A stretch of DNA of 64,000 nt from Betaproteobacteria bacterium (GCA_004297625.1 SCTY01000022.1:59833-123832); one strand, 5' to 3'; positions 48,466 through 57,014 are shown, counted from the stretch's first letter. Made by a program: numbers and translations. The notes: generated from the letters alone by a model not told the origin.

Positions 48466-49505
48466 GCGGGGGTGACCTCGAGCTGGTCGTAGCGGCATTC
48501 GCGCGGCGGCTTGTCCGGCCGCCAGCGCAGGAAAACGGCCGCGTGCCTGAAGCGCTCGCCCTGCAGGTGGTCGTACTTCACCTCGCAGACGCGCTCGATG
48601 CGCAGCGGCTCCCACGAGAGATCCTTGCCGGCGCTCCAGCGGCTCTGCGCTCCGGGCATGCGGCTCGATTCGGCTCCGGCGTTGGCCCACTCGCGCCAGG
48701 GATGGTTCTCCATGGCGTTCTTTCTCAGCGGCTGCAGCTCTTTCACGAGTTGCTTGCGCGCCGCCGTGGTGAAGGAGGAGGTGACGCCGACGTGCTGCAG
48801 CATGCCGTGCTCGTCGTACAGGCCGAGGAGCAGCGAGCCGATCGCATCGCGCCCGCTCTTGTGCCAGCGGAAGCCCGCCACCACGCAGTCGGCGGTGCGC
48901 GCGTGCTTTACCTTGATCATCGCGCGCTTGCCGGGCTGATAGGGCGCATCCGCCGGCTTGGCCATCACGCCGTCGAGGCCCGCGCCTTCGAAGCGGCGCA
49001 GCCAATCGACCGCAACGGCGCGGCTGCGCGTCATCGGCGTGAGGTAGAGCGGCGGCGACGCCTTGGCGAGCACCTTCTCGAGCGCTGCGCGCCGTTCACT
49101 TTGCGGCTTGCCCCGGTAATCCTTGCCCTGAGCTGCGAGGAGGTCGAACGCGACAAACGACGCGGGCGTTTCCTTCGCCAGCTTCTCGACCCGCGAGGCG
49201 GCCGGATGCAGCCGCAGCTGCAGCGCGTCGAAGTCGAGGCCGCCGGCCGCCGCGATCACGATCTCGCCGTCGAGCACGCAGCCCTTGGCCAGGCGCTCGA
49301 GCAACGCAGCGTGCAGCTCGGGAAAATAGCGGTCGAGCGGCCGCAGGTCGCGGCTCTGGATGAAAAGCTCGCCTGCCCCGCGGAACACGAGCGCGCGGAA
49401 GCCGTCCCACTTCGGCTCGAAGAGAAAATCGCCTTCCGGGGGAAGCTCGTCAGCCGGCTTGGCGAGCATCGGCTCGATCGGCGGTTCGACGGCGGAGTTG
49501 CGCAC
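48420..49505 (-). CDS. ATP-dependent DNA ligase (LigC/LigD ligase-domain type, adenylation + OB fold)
   Basis: MLAKPADELPPEGDFLFEPKWDGFRALVF (K-x-D-G), ...VLDGEIV...GLDGVMAKP...MIKVKH...; 361 aa. The 3' end overlaps the convergent polymerase gene by 46 nt. Confidence 0.88.
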   Translation of the reverse strand: MRNSAVEPPIEPMLAKPADELPPEGDFLFEPKWDGFRALVFRGAGELFIQSRDLRPLDRYFPELHAALLERLAKGCVLDGEIVIAAAGGLDFDALQLRLHPAASRVEKLAKETPASFVAFDLLAAQGKDYRGKPQSERRAALEKVLAKASPPLYLTPMTRSRAVAVDWLRRFEGAGLDGVMAKPADAPYQPGKRAMIKVKHARTADCVVAGFRWHKSGRDAIGSLLLGLYDEHGMLQHVGVTSSFTTAARKQLVKELQPLRKNAMENHPWREWANAGAESSRMPGAQSRWSAGKDLSWEPLRIERVCEVKYDHLQGERFRHAAVFLRWRPDKPPRECRYDQLEVTPAYELDKVFSSGSSGS

Positions 49506-49532
49506 GGCCCTGCTTGCCGCCGATCATAGGGC

Positions 49533-50327
49533 ATGCGTTCGCTCGTCTTTGTCGCCTTGCTTGCAGTAGTTGCGCTGCCATCCGGCGCATCCGATGCCGG
49601 GCTCGGGAAGTGGGCGGCTGCGCCACACCGAACGCCCGCGAACGTGGCGCGCGATCCGTTCCGCCATCCGCTGCAAACGCTTGCTTTCTTCGGCGTGCGC
49701 GAGGGCAGTACCGTGGTCGAGATCCTTCCCGGGAGCAGCGGCTATTACATGGAGATCCTTGCTCCCTACCTTCGGTCCAAGGGCCGTTACATAGCGGCGA
49801 GCCGCGCCCCGGACGCGCCGCCGCAGTACGTCGCCGACCACCGCAAGCTCCTTGCGCGTCTCGAAGCCGAGCCTGCGCTTTACGGAAAGGTCCTCGTTAC
49901 GCAGTTCAGCGCCGACCGGCACGAGATCGCGCCGCCCGGCAGCGCGGATTTCGTGCTCACCTTCCGCAACCTGCACAACTGGATGGAGCGCAACGAGGTC
50001 GAAGGCGCGCTGCGCGCGTTCCACCGGGCGCTCAAGCCGGGTGGCGTGCTCGGCGTGGTCGATCACCGCGGCCGGGAGGAGCTCTCGCAGGAAGCTCAGA
50101 TGAAGAGCGGCTACGTGCGCCAGGACGTGGCGATCGCCCTGATCGAGAAGGCGGGATTCCGGCTCGCTGGCAGCTCGGAGATCAACGCCAATCCGAGGGA
50201 CACCAAGGACCATCCCGAAGGCGTCTGGACGCTGCCGCCGACCTATCGCCTGAAGGACAGGGACCGCGCGAAGTACGCGGCCATCGGCGAAAGCGACCGC
50301 TTCACGCTGAAATTCGTCAAGCGCTGA
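49533..50327 (+). CDS. Class I SAM-dependent methyltransferase with an N-terminal signal-peptide-like segment
   Basis: MRSLVFVALLAVVALPSGASDA; VVEILPGSSGYYMEILAPYL...LKPGGVLGVVDH. Confidence 0.7.
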   Translation: MRSLVFVALLAVVALPSGASDAGLGKWAAAPHRTPANVARDPFRHPLQTLAFFGVREGSTVVEILPGSSGYYMEILAPYLRSKGRYIAASRAPDAPPQYVADHRKLLARLEAEPALYGKVLVTQFSADRHEIAPPGSADFVLTFRNLHNWMERNEVEGALRAFHRALKPGGVLGVVDHRGREELSQEAQMKSGYVRQDVAIALIEKAGFRLAGSSEINANPRDTKDHPEGVWTLPPTYRLKDRDRAKYAAIGESDRFTLKFVKR

Positions 50328-51594
50328 GCGTCAGGCGGGCGACGAGCCCGCCGCCTTCGCGCGGCAGCAGCTCGAGGCTTCCGCCGTGCGAACACGCGAC
50401 GCGCTCCACTATGGCGAGGCCGAGGCCCGCGCCGGCGGGACCGGCGCGCGCGCTATTGAGCCGGGTGAAGGGACGCTTGACCCGCTCGACTTCGGAAGCG
50501 GGAATGCCGGCGCCGCGGTCGCGCACTTCGACGACGGCCTTTCCGTTCTGCCGGCGCGTTTCCACTTCGACCGCCTCGCCGGCGTGGCGCAGCGCGTTGT
50601 CGATCAGGTTCGCGACGGCGCGGCGCACCGCCATGCGCGCGAAGCGAAAGCGCAGCCCGGCCCCGGCCTTGACTTCCACGCGCTTGTGGATGCGCCTGTA
50701 GTGCTCGCCGAGGTCCTCGACCAGGGCGTCGAAATCGTTGTCGGTCTGCGGCTCGTTCTCGCCGCGCGCGAAGTCGAGGAACTGGCCGATGATCGCGTCG
50801 ATCTCGCCGATATCCTCGATCATCGCCTCGCTCTCGCGGCTGCCGGCGCCGCTCATCTCGAGCGCGAGGCGCAGGCGCGAAAGCGGCGTGCGCAGGTCGT
50901 GCGAGATGCCGGCGAGCACCATGGCGCGCTCGCGCTCCATGCTCTCCAGGCTGCTCGCCATGCGGTTGAAGGCCGCGGCCACGGTGCGCAGCTCGCGCGG
51001 CCCCGCTTCGGCGAGCGGCTCGTGCGGCGCGCCGCTGCCGATGCGCCGCGCGGCGCGCGTGATCGCCGCGAGCGGACGCGCGATCATCGAGGCGATGAGC
51101 CAGGCGCCGACGAGCGAGATCGCGAGAAGCGCGAGCGCCCAGCCGAGCCATTGCAGGCCGAGCGCGGGCGCGAAGCGCTCCCAGGGCAGCATGACCCAGA
51201 ATTCGTCGCTGTCGATGAAAAAGCTGACCCAGAAGCCTTCCTCGCCGTCGCGCGCGAAGGCGAAGCGCGTGTCGCTGCCGAGCGCTTCGCGCACGCGCTC
51301 CTTCACCCGCTCGAGGAGCGGATCGTCGGGCAGCCGCTCGATCTTCTCGCTCGCGGTGGCGGGAAACACGCGCAAGCCCTCGGTGTCGTTCAGCTCGATG
51401 AGAAGCTGGCGCCGCAGGAACGGATCGGCGCTCACCAGCGCCGCGCGGGTGAGGTTGACCGTGCTTATGGTCTGTTGCGCCAGTTCCCGCGAGCGCGGCT
51501 CGCGCTCGTAGATGCGGTAGATCTGGAAGGACGCAATGACCGCCGTGACCAGAAGCAGCGCGATCAGCAGGAACGCGCGGGCGAAAAGCGTCAC
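50317..51594 (-). CDS. envZ: EnvZ-like osmosensor histidine kinase
   Basis: Two TM segments, HAMP, H-box LAGISHDLRTPLSRLRL, and an HATPase region (NLIDNALRHA...DRGAGIP...GAGLGLAIV). Overlaps ompR by 4 nt. Confidence 0.8.
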   Translation of the reverse strand: MTLFARAFLLIALLLVTAVIASFQIYRIYEREPRSRELAQQTISTVNLTRAALVSADPFLRRQLLIELNDTEGLRVFPATASEKIERLPDDPLLERVKERVREALGSDTRFAFARDGEEGFWVSFFIDSDEFWVMLPWERFAPALGLQWLGWALALLAISLVGAWLIASMIARPLAAITRAARRIGSGAPHEPLAEAGPRELRTVAAAFNRMASSLESMERERAMVLAGISHDLRTPLSRLRLALEMSGAGSRESEAMIEDIGEIDAIIGQFLDFARGENEPQTDNDFDALVEDLGEHYRRIHKRVEVKAGAGLRFRFARMAVRRAVANLIDNALRHAGEAVEVETRRQNGKAVVEVRDRGAGIPASEVERVKRPFTRLNSARAGPAGAGLGLAIVERVACSHGGSLELLPREGGGLVARLTLSA

Positions 51595-52316
51595 TGCGCT
51601 TCGGCGTCCGGCACGAACACGTAGCCGAAGCCCCAGACCGTCTGGATGTGCTTCGGATGCGAGGGGTCGTCCTCGACGATCTTGCGCAGGCGCGAGATCT
51701 GCACGTCGATCGAGCGGTCGAACACCTCGTACTCGCGGCCGCGCGCGAGCTCCATCAGCTTGTCGCGCGACAGCGGCTCGCGCGGGTGCTGTGCCAGCAC
51801 CTTGAGGACGGAGAACTCTCCGGTCGTGAGCGGCACGCTCTTGCCTTCGCGGGTGAGCGTGCGCGTGGAGAGATTCAGCGAGAACCTGCCGAACTGGAAA
51901 ACCTCGCTGGTTGCCGTCGGCGCGCCCGGCACGCCCGCGGGCGCGCGCCGCCGCAGCACGGCGTTGATGCGCGCGAGCAGCTCGCGCGGATTGAAGGGCT
52001 TGGGGAGGTAGTCGTCGGCGCCCATCTCCAGGCCCACGATGCGGTCGACGTCATCGCCCTTCGCCGTCAGCATGATGATGGCCGGCGCGTCCTTCTGCGC
52101 GCGCAGGCGCCGGCAGATCGCGAGCCCGTCCTCGCCCGGAAGCATCAGGTCGAGCACCACGAGGTCGTAGCGCTCGCGCGCGAGCTGCTTATCCATTGCT
52201 CCGCCGTCGGGCACCGCCTTGACCTCGTAGCCTTCGCCGCCGAGGTAACGCACCAGCAGATCGCGCAGGCGCTGGTCGTCGTCGACGACGAGAATCCGCG
52301 TTTTCAGCTCAGCCAT
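51591..52316 (-). CDS. ompR: OmpR-family response regulator
   Basis: ILVVDDDQRLRDLLVRYL...DLVVLDLMLPGEDGL...LTAKGD...; winged helix ...RSIDVQISRLRKIVEDDPSHPKHIQTVWGFGYVFV. Confidence 0.9.
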   Translation of the reverse strand: MAELKTRILVVDDDQRLRDLLVRYLGGEGYEVKAVPDGGAMDKQLARERYDLVVLDLMLPGEDGLAICRRLRAQKDAPAIIMLTAKGDDVDRIVGLEMGADDYLPKPFNPRELLARINAVLRRRAPAGVPGAPTATSEVFQFGRFSLNLSTRTLTREGKSVPLTTGEFSVLKVLAQHPREPLSRDKLMELARGREYEVFDRSIDVQISRLRKIVEDDPSHPKHIQTVWGFGYVFVPDAEAQ

Positions 52317-52317
52317 G

Positions 52318-52335
52318 GTTTACCAATTGTTACAC
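52318..52335 (+). promoter_or_regulatory. Putative OmpR-type box in the ompR / small-ORF divergent region
   Basis: GTTTACCAATTGTTACAC contains TTTAC and GTTAC pentamers phased 10 bp apart. A related GTTACACAATTGAAC element occurs at 52639. TATTAT lies at 52355-52360. Confidence 0.3.
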
Positions 52336-52366
52336 CGGATGTGCGGGCCCGGCTTATTATCTCGCC

Positions 52367-52636
52367 GTGAAACTCGTGGTCGTTTTCCTCGCCTTGGCGC
52401 TCGCCGCCGCGAGCGTGCTCGCCCAGCCTCCGGCGAAGGGCCCGGAAGGCAGGCAGCGCGAGATGCAACAACGGCAAATGCAGCAGGAGGAGCGCGAGCG
52501 CATGCGCGAGCAGATGCGCGACGTCTACCGCGAGCGCCAGGGGCGCCCCGAGCGCCCGCGCCAGATGACGCCCGAAGAGCGCGCCAAGCTGCGCCGCGAC
52601 GTCGAAGAAACCAGCCGCGACCTGCGGCGGAAATAG
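52367..52636 (+). CDS. Small secreted basic/acidic repeat protein (hypothetical)
   Basis: Signal peptide MKLVVVFLALALAAASVLA, then a Q/E/R-rich region ending MTPEERAKLRRDVEETSRDLRRK. GTG start. Confidence 0.5.
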   Translation: MKLVVVFLALALAAASVLAQPPAKGPEGRQREMQQRQMQQEERERMREQMRDVYRERQGRPERPRQMTPEERAKLRRDVEETSRDLRRK

Positions 52637-52638
52637 CC

Positions 52639-52656
52639 TGTTACACAATTGAACAG
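52639..52656 (+). promoter_or_regulatory. Second putative OmpR-type box
   Basis: TGTTACACAATTGAACAG contains GTTAC and TGAAC phased 10 bp apart. It shares GTTAC(A)-CAATTG with the site at 52318 and lies 33 nt upstream of the ATG at 52689. Confidence 0.3.
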
Positions 52657-52688
52657 CGCCCGGCGCGGCGCGCGCGCATGCTTGCTGC

Positions 52689-52874
52689 ATGCTCAGAGTG
52701 CTTCTTGTCGCCGCCTTGCTTGCCGTATCCGCGAGTCCGCTCGAGGCCCGGGAGCCGGCTCGGACGGAGAAAGCCGCGCCGCGCAGTCCCCGTGACCTGC
52801 GCAGCGACATCGAGCGCATTTCCAGGGAAATCTACCGCCCGGCGCCGCCGGTGCGCGCGCCGAAAAAGCGATAG
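52689..52874 (+). CDS. Small secreted protein (hypothetical), possible paralogue of 52367..52636
   Basis: Signal peptide MLRVLLVAALLAVSASPLEA. The C-terminal PRDLRSDIERISREIYR resembles KLRRDVEETSRDLRR of the upstream ORF. Codon bias is weaker. The 3' end overlaps the convergent GGDEF gene by 43 nt. Confidence 0.35.
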   Translation: MLRVLLVAALLAVSASPLEAREPARTEKAAPRSPRDLRSDIERISREIYRPAPPVRAPKKR

Positions 52875-54520
52875 CCATCCTTGCCCGCCTGCTTGGCGGC
52901 GTACATCGCGGTATCCGCGTGCTTCATGAGCGTGTCGGCGTCGGCCGCGTCGTCCGGAAACAGGCTGATGCCGATGCTTGCCGAAACCACCGCCTGGCGT
53001 CCCGCTCCGACGTCGTAGGGCTCGCGGATGGCGGCGAGCAGCTTTTGCGCCACGCGCTCCACGGGAGGCGCGTCGTGCACGTCCTCCAGGACGGCGAAAA
53101 ATTCGTCGCCGCCGATACGCGCGACCGGATCGCCCGATCTGAGGCTCGCGCGCAGCCGCCGCGCAGTTTCGACGAGCAGCCGGTCGCCGGCATGGTGGCC
53201 ATACTCGTCGTTCACCTGCTTGAAGCCATCGAGGTCGATGAACAGCGCGGCGAGCTTCGAGCCGCGCCGCTTGGTGCGCTCCACAGCCTGATGCAGCGCG
53301 GGGGCGAGGCTTGCGCGGTTCGCAAGGCCGGTAAGCGCATCCTGGTAGGCAAGCGAGGCGATATGCTCGCGCGCCACCCTGACGTCGGTGATGTCGCGGC
53401 CTACCCCGCGAAAGCCGAGAAACGCGCCGTCGGCCGCGGAATGCGGATCCCCGCTGACGGAGAAGTAGCGCACCGTGCCGTCGCCCAGGGGCGTGGCGAA
53501 CTCGAAATCGCGGAATGCCGACAGGGTCTCCATCTTCGAACGCAATGCCGCCCACCCCGCCTCGGCGGGATTGAGCTTCCCGGCGTAGCTCGGCCCGTGC
53601 ACGATGTGGACGAAGCGGTGCCCGGCGTCGGTTTCCCAGAAGAAATCCGACGACATCTCGGTCAGGCTGCGGAAGCGCTCCTCGCTTTCGCGCAGCGCCG
53701 CCTCCATTTCCTTGCGCGGGGTGATGTCGTCGCAGACGGCGATCTCGTAGAGCGGCCGGCCGCCGGCGTCGCGCTCGAGCGCGAGCGTCAGCGTGACCCA
53801 CACCGTCGATCCGTCCTTGCGCCGATAGCGCTTGTCGGTGCGCACGGTCTCGACCTCGCCGGCATACAGGCGCGGCCGCAGCTCGTTGATGACGTCCTGG
53901 TCCTCGGGGTGCGAGATTTCGCGCCCGGTCTTGCCGAGGAGCTCGGCCTCGGGGTAGCCGAGGATCTCGCAAATGCGCCGGTTGACGCGGACGAAGCGGC
54001 GATCGAGCCCGATATGCGCGATCCCGGAAGCCGCCAGCTCGAAAGTGCGCCGGTAGCGCTCCTCGCTCTCGCGCAGCCGCGCCTCGCTCAGCTTCTGCTC
54101 GGTGATATCGCGCCCGATGCCGCGGTAGCCGGCGAAGCGGCCCTGGTCATCGAACACCGGCTCGCCGCTCACGCTGACATAGCGCCGGCTGCCGTCTTCG
54201 AGCTCGCGCCACATGAGCACGTTGCGGAACGGGGCGCGCGCTTTCAGGAGCGCGCGGTGCGCATCCCAGCCGCCCTCGATCTCGATGCCGGTTTCCCAGC
54301 GCTTCCGGCCGACGAGGCGGCGCGCGAGCTCCTTGTCGCCCGGCGTGCCGAGCTGCACGTCGACGCGCGTGAAGCGCAGGTCGGCATCCTGTTCCCAGTA
54401 CCAGTCGGTCGACAGCCCGATCAGCTCCGGCCAGCCGCCGCCGCTGACCTTCGCTTTTTTCGTAATGGTGCTGGGCGCGCCCCTTCCCCGGCTCGCCATG
54501 GCCTTCCCTCCCAAGGCCAA
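52832..54520 (-). CDS. Multi-PAS sensor diguanylate cyclase (GGDEF)
   Basis: Three PAS/PAC-like repeats (W.WE.D...RF...), then DALTGLANR...FIDLDGFKQVND..GH.AGD...RIGGDEFFAVL. The start may be 54520 or 54499. Confidence 0.88.
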   Translation of the reverse strand: MALGGKAMASRGRGAPSTITKKAKVSGGGWPELIGLSTDWYWEQDADLRFTRVDVQLGTPGDKELARRLVGRKRWETGIEIEGGWDAHRALLKARAPFRNVLMWRELEDGSRRYVSVSGEPVFDDQGRFAGYRGIGRDITEQKLSEARLRESEERYRRTFELAASGIAHIGLDRRFVRVNRRICEILGYPEAELLGKTGREISHPEDQDVINELRPRLYAGEVETVRTDKRYRRKDGSTVWVTLTLALERDAGGRPLYEIAVCDDITPRKEMEAALRESEERFRSLTEMSSDFFWETDAGHRFVHIVHGPSYAGKLNPAEAGWAALRSKMETLSAFRDFEFATPLGDGTVRYFSVSGDPHSAADGAFLGFRGVGRDITDVRVAREHIASLAYQDALTGLANRASLAPALHQAVERTKRRGSKLAALFIDLDGFKQVNDEYGHHAGDRLLVETARRLRASLRSGDPVARIGGDEFFAVLEDVHDAPPVERVAQKLLAAIREPYDVGAGRQAVVSASIGISLFPDDAADADTLMKHADTAMYAAKQAGKDGYRFFGARTGGAGR

Positions 54521-54552
54521 TTTACTGGACGCTTATCCCTGCGTCCAGCCAC

Positions 54553-55428
54553 TTATGCACGCGAGCGCTCGCGGGCGAAGAGATAAAGGCCGCTCGCGAT
54601 GACGATCGCCGCGCCGATCCATACCGCGGCGCCCGGCACGTCGCCGAACACGATGTAGCCGAAGAGCGCCATGTAAATCACTTGCTGGTACAGGAACGGC
54701 GCCACCACGGTAGCCGGCGCATAGCGGTGGGCGAGGGCGAGGAAGTAGTGGCCGAGCCCGCCCAAGGCGCCAAGCAGGCAGGCGATCGACCATTGCAGCC
54801 AGCCGTGGGGCGATTGCCACCCTGCGATCGCGAACGGCGCGAGCAGGATCGCCGCGCCGACCGCCGGCAGATATTGAATGGTTTCGGGCGAGTCGTAGGC
54901 GGCGAGGCGCCGCGTCGTCAAGTTGAAGAACGCCATGATGACGGCGTTAACCAGGGCGAGCAGCATGGCCGGATGGAACTGCGCGCTGCCCGGCCGTACG
55001 ATCACCAGCACGCCGGCGAACGCGGCGAGGATCGCAGCCCAGCGCCCCCTGTCGAGCTTTTCGCCGAGCAGCGGCGCCGCCATGAGCGCGATCAGGATCG
55101 GCACTAGGAAGGAGATCGACGAGGTGACCGCGAGTTGCAGGTACTGGAGCACCCAGAAGTTGATCCCGGTCATCGCGCAGAACATGACGGCGCGCGCGAC
55201 ATGCCAGCGCATGTGGCGCGTGCGCACGAGCGAGCGGCCTTTCAGCGGGAAGAGCACCGCGCCCGCGATGAGCACATGCATGACGAACCGCAGCCACACC
55301 ACCACGATGACGGGTACCGATCCGACCAGCCACTTGGCGCTGCCGTCCAGAACGGTGAACAGGAGATAGGTGAGCGACACCAGGCCGATGCCGGTCAGGC
55401 GGTTCGCCGCGCTATCCGCCTGCAGCAT
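54553..55428 (-). CDS. DMT superfamily (EamA-like) transporter
   Basis: Ten hydrophobic segments; internal ATG MLQADSAANRLTGIGLVSLTYLLFTVLDGSAKWLV.... Confidence 0.8.
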   Translation of the reverse strand: MLQADSAANRLTGIGLVSLTYLLFTVLDGSAKWLVGSVPVIVVVWLRFVMHVLIAGAVLFPLKGRSLVRTRHMRWHVARAVMFCAMTGINFWVLQYLQLAVTSSISFLVPILIALMAAPLLGEKLDRGRWAAILAAFAGVLVIVRPGSAQFHPAMLLALVNAVIMAFFNLTTRRLAAYDSPETIQYLPAVGAAILLAPFAIAGWQSPHGWLQWSIACLLGALGGLGHYFLALAHRYAPATVVAPFLYQQVIYMALFGYIVFGDVPGAAVWIGAAIVIASGLYLFARERSRA

Positions 55429-55744
55429 CGCCCGGCTTGCCGCCAAGCCCCGCGAGGTAGCTTTCGAGGGGAAACTCGCTGCCATCCTGCTGGCGCAGGG
55501 CGACGCCCTCGCTCTTCAGGTGGCCGAGCAGCTTCAACACCAGCGAGCACGCGAGCCACGTCGCGTGGAAGGAGTCCACGCCGCGCACGTTCACCGGCTC
55601 CGCATGCACCGGCGAGAGCTGCACCTGGCATACCCAGCCGCCCTGCGCATCGGCCTGCGCGCGGCCGATGCGCGCATCGATGTCGACCTCGCGCCGGTTC
55701 TCGAACACCGCGGTCACCTGCAGGAAGATGATGGAGTCGTTCAT
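55412..55744 (-). CDS. Hypothetical 110-aa protein
   Basis: Strong GC3 codon bias; MNDSIIFLQVTAVFENRREVDIDARIGRAQADAQGGWVCQVQLSPVHAEPVNVRGVDSFHATWLACSLVLKLLGHL.... The ATG overlaps the TGA of the AlkB-like remnant, and the 3' end overlaps the DMT start by 17 nt. I cannot name a family with confidence. Confidence 0.55.
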   Translation of the reverse strand: MNDSIIFLQVTAVFENRREVDIDARIGRAQADAQGGWVCQVQLSPVHAEPVNVRGVDSFHATWLACSLVLKLLGHLKSEGVALRQQDGSEFPLESYLAGLGGKPGDAAGG

Positions 55745-55857
55745 CGCTTGGCGCGTCGGGTGCGGAAGGTGATGGAGTAGCGCAATTCGCGGGTGCCGGC
55801 AACGCTATGTTGCCAGCGCCAGCGGATTTCGTCGCGCAGCACGTAGATGGAGCGCGG
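55741..55857 (-). pseudogene. C-terminal remnant (38 codons) of an AlkB-like 2OG-Fe(II) dioxygenase
   Basis: PRSIYVLRDEIRWRWQHSVAGTRELRYSITFRTRRAKR* matches the AlkB-family C-terminus (..L.L.GE.R..W.H.I......R.S.TFR). An in-frame TAG lies immediately upstream, and only 48 nt remain before the next gene. Confidence 0.45.
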
Positions 55858-55908
55858 CTATGAAATCCGGCAGCAGCCCGGCGGGCATTCAGAGCGCGGC
55901 GGGGACCT

Positions 55909-56988
55909 TCAGGCGGCTTTTCTGGACTGGCTGCGAACGGCTTCGGCGACGGCCGCGCCCACCTCCGAGGTGCTCGCCTTCCCCCTCATATCGGGGGTGT
56001 GGGGTCCCTCGACGATCACGCGCTCGATCGCCTGAACCACGTCCGCCGCGGCCGCCGCGTGCCCGAGGTGCTCGAGCATGAGCGCGCCCGACCAGATGGT
56101 CGCGAGCGGGTTGGCGATCTTGCGGCCGGCGATGTCGGGCGCCGAGCCGTGCACCGGCTCGAAGATGGACGGCGCGGTGCGCTCGGGATTGATGTTTCCC
56201 GACGCGGCGATGCCGATCGTGCCGGCGGTGGCGGGCCCGAGGTCGGAGATGATGTCGCCGAAGAGGTTGGAGGCGACGATCACGTCGAAGCGGTCCGGGT
56301 TCAGGACCATCTGGATGGTCAGGCCGTCGACGTGGTACTGGTCCGTCTTGACGTCCGGATATTGCTTCTTTATCTCGGCGAAGCGCTCGTCCCAGTACGG
56401 CATGGTGATCGAGATGCCGTTCGACTTGGTGGCCGAGGTGAGATGCTTCTTGCGCGACCGGGCGAGCTCGAACGCGTACTTCATGATGCGGTCGGTGCCC
56501 TTGCGGGAGAAGATGGCCTGCTGCATCACGACTTCGCGCTCGGTGCCTTCGTACACGCGGCCGCCGACGTTGCCGTACTCGCCTTCGGTGTTCTCGCGGA
56601 TCACGACATAGTCGATGTCGCCGGGCTTGCGGCCGGCGAGCGGGCAGGGCATGCCCGCGAACAGCCGCACCGGCCGCAGGTTCACGTAGAGATCGAACCA
56701 GCGGCGGAAATTGATGAGCAGCCCCCACACCGCGATGTGGTCGGGCACCACGTCGGGGTTGCCGACCGCGCCGAAATACACCGCGTCGTACTTGCGCAGG
56801 GTGTCGGCTGCGTCCTCCGGGCACATGCGGCCATGCGCCTTGTACCAGTCGCAGCTCCAGGGGAATTCCGTCCAGGCGAAGCGCAGGCCATGCTGCGCGC
56901 CGACCGCTTCCAGCACGCGCACGCCTTCGGGGATCACTTCGCGACCGATGCCGTCTCCGGGAATGACGGCGATGAGATGTTCTTTCAT
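55909..56988 (-). CDS. Tartrate dehydrogenase/decarboxylase (isocitrate/isopropylmalate dehydrogenase family)
   Basis: MKEHLIAVIPGDGIGREVIPEGVRVLEAV...FAWTEFPWSCDWYKAHGRMCPED...YFGAVGNPDVVPDHIAVWG...IRENTEGEY...NLFGDIISDL. Confidence 0.85.
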   Translation of the reverse strand: MKEHLIAVIPGDGIGREVIPEGVRVLEAVGAQHGLRFAWTEFPWSCDWYKAHGRMCPEDAADTLRKYDAVYFGAVGNPDVVPDHIAVWGLLINFRRWFDLYVNLRPVRLFAGMPCPLAGRKPGDIDYVVIRENTEGEYGNVGGRVYEGTEREVVMQQAIFSRKGTDRIMKYAFELARSRKKHLTSATKSNGISITMPYWDERFAEIKKQYPDVKTDQYHVDGLTIQMVLNPDRFDVIVASNLFGDIISDLGPATAGTIGIAASGNINPERTAPSIFEPVHGSAPDIAGRKIANPLATIWSGALMLEHLGHAAAAADVVQAIERVIVEGPHTPDMRGKASTSEVGAAVAEAVRSQSRKAA

Positions 56989-57014
56989 GTGTGCGAGTAT
57001 AGCTAGAATCGCTC

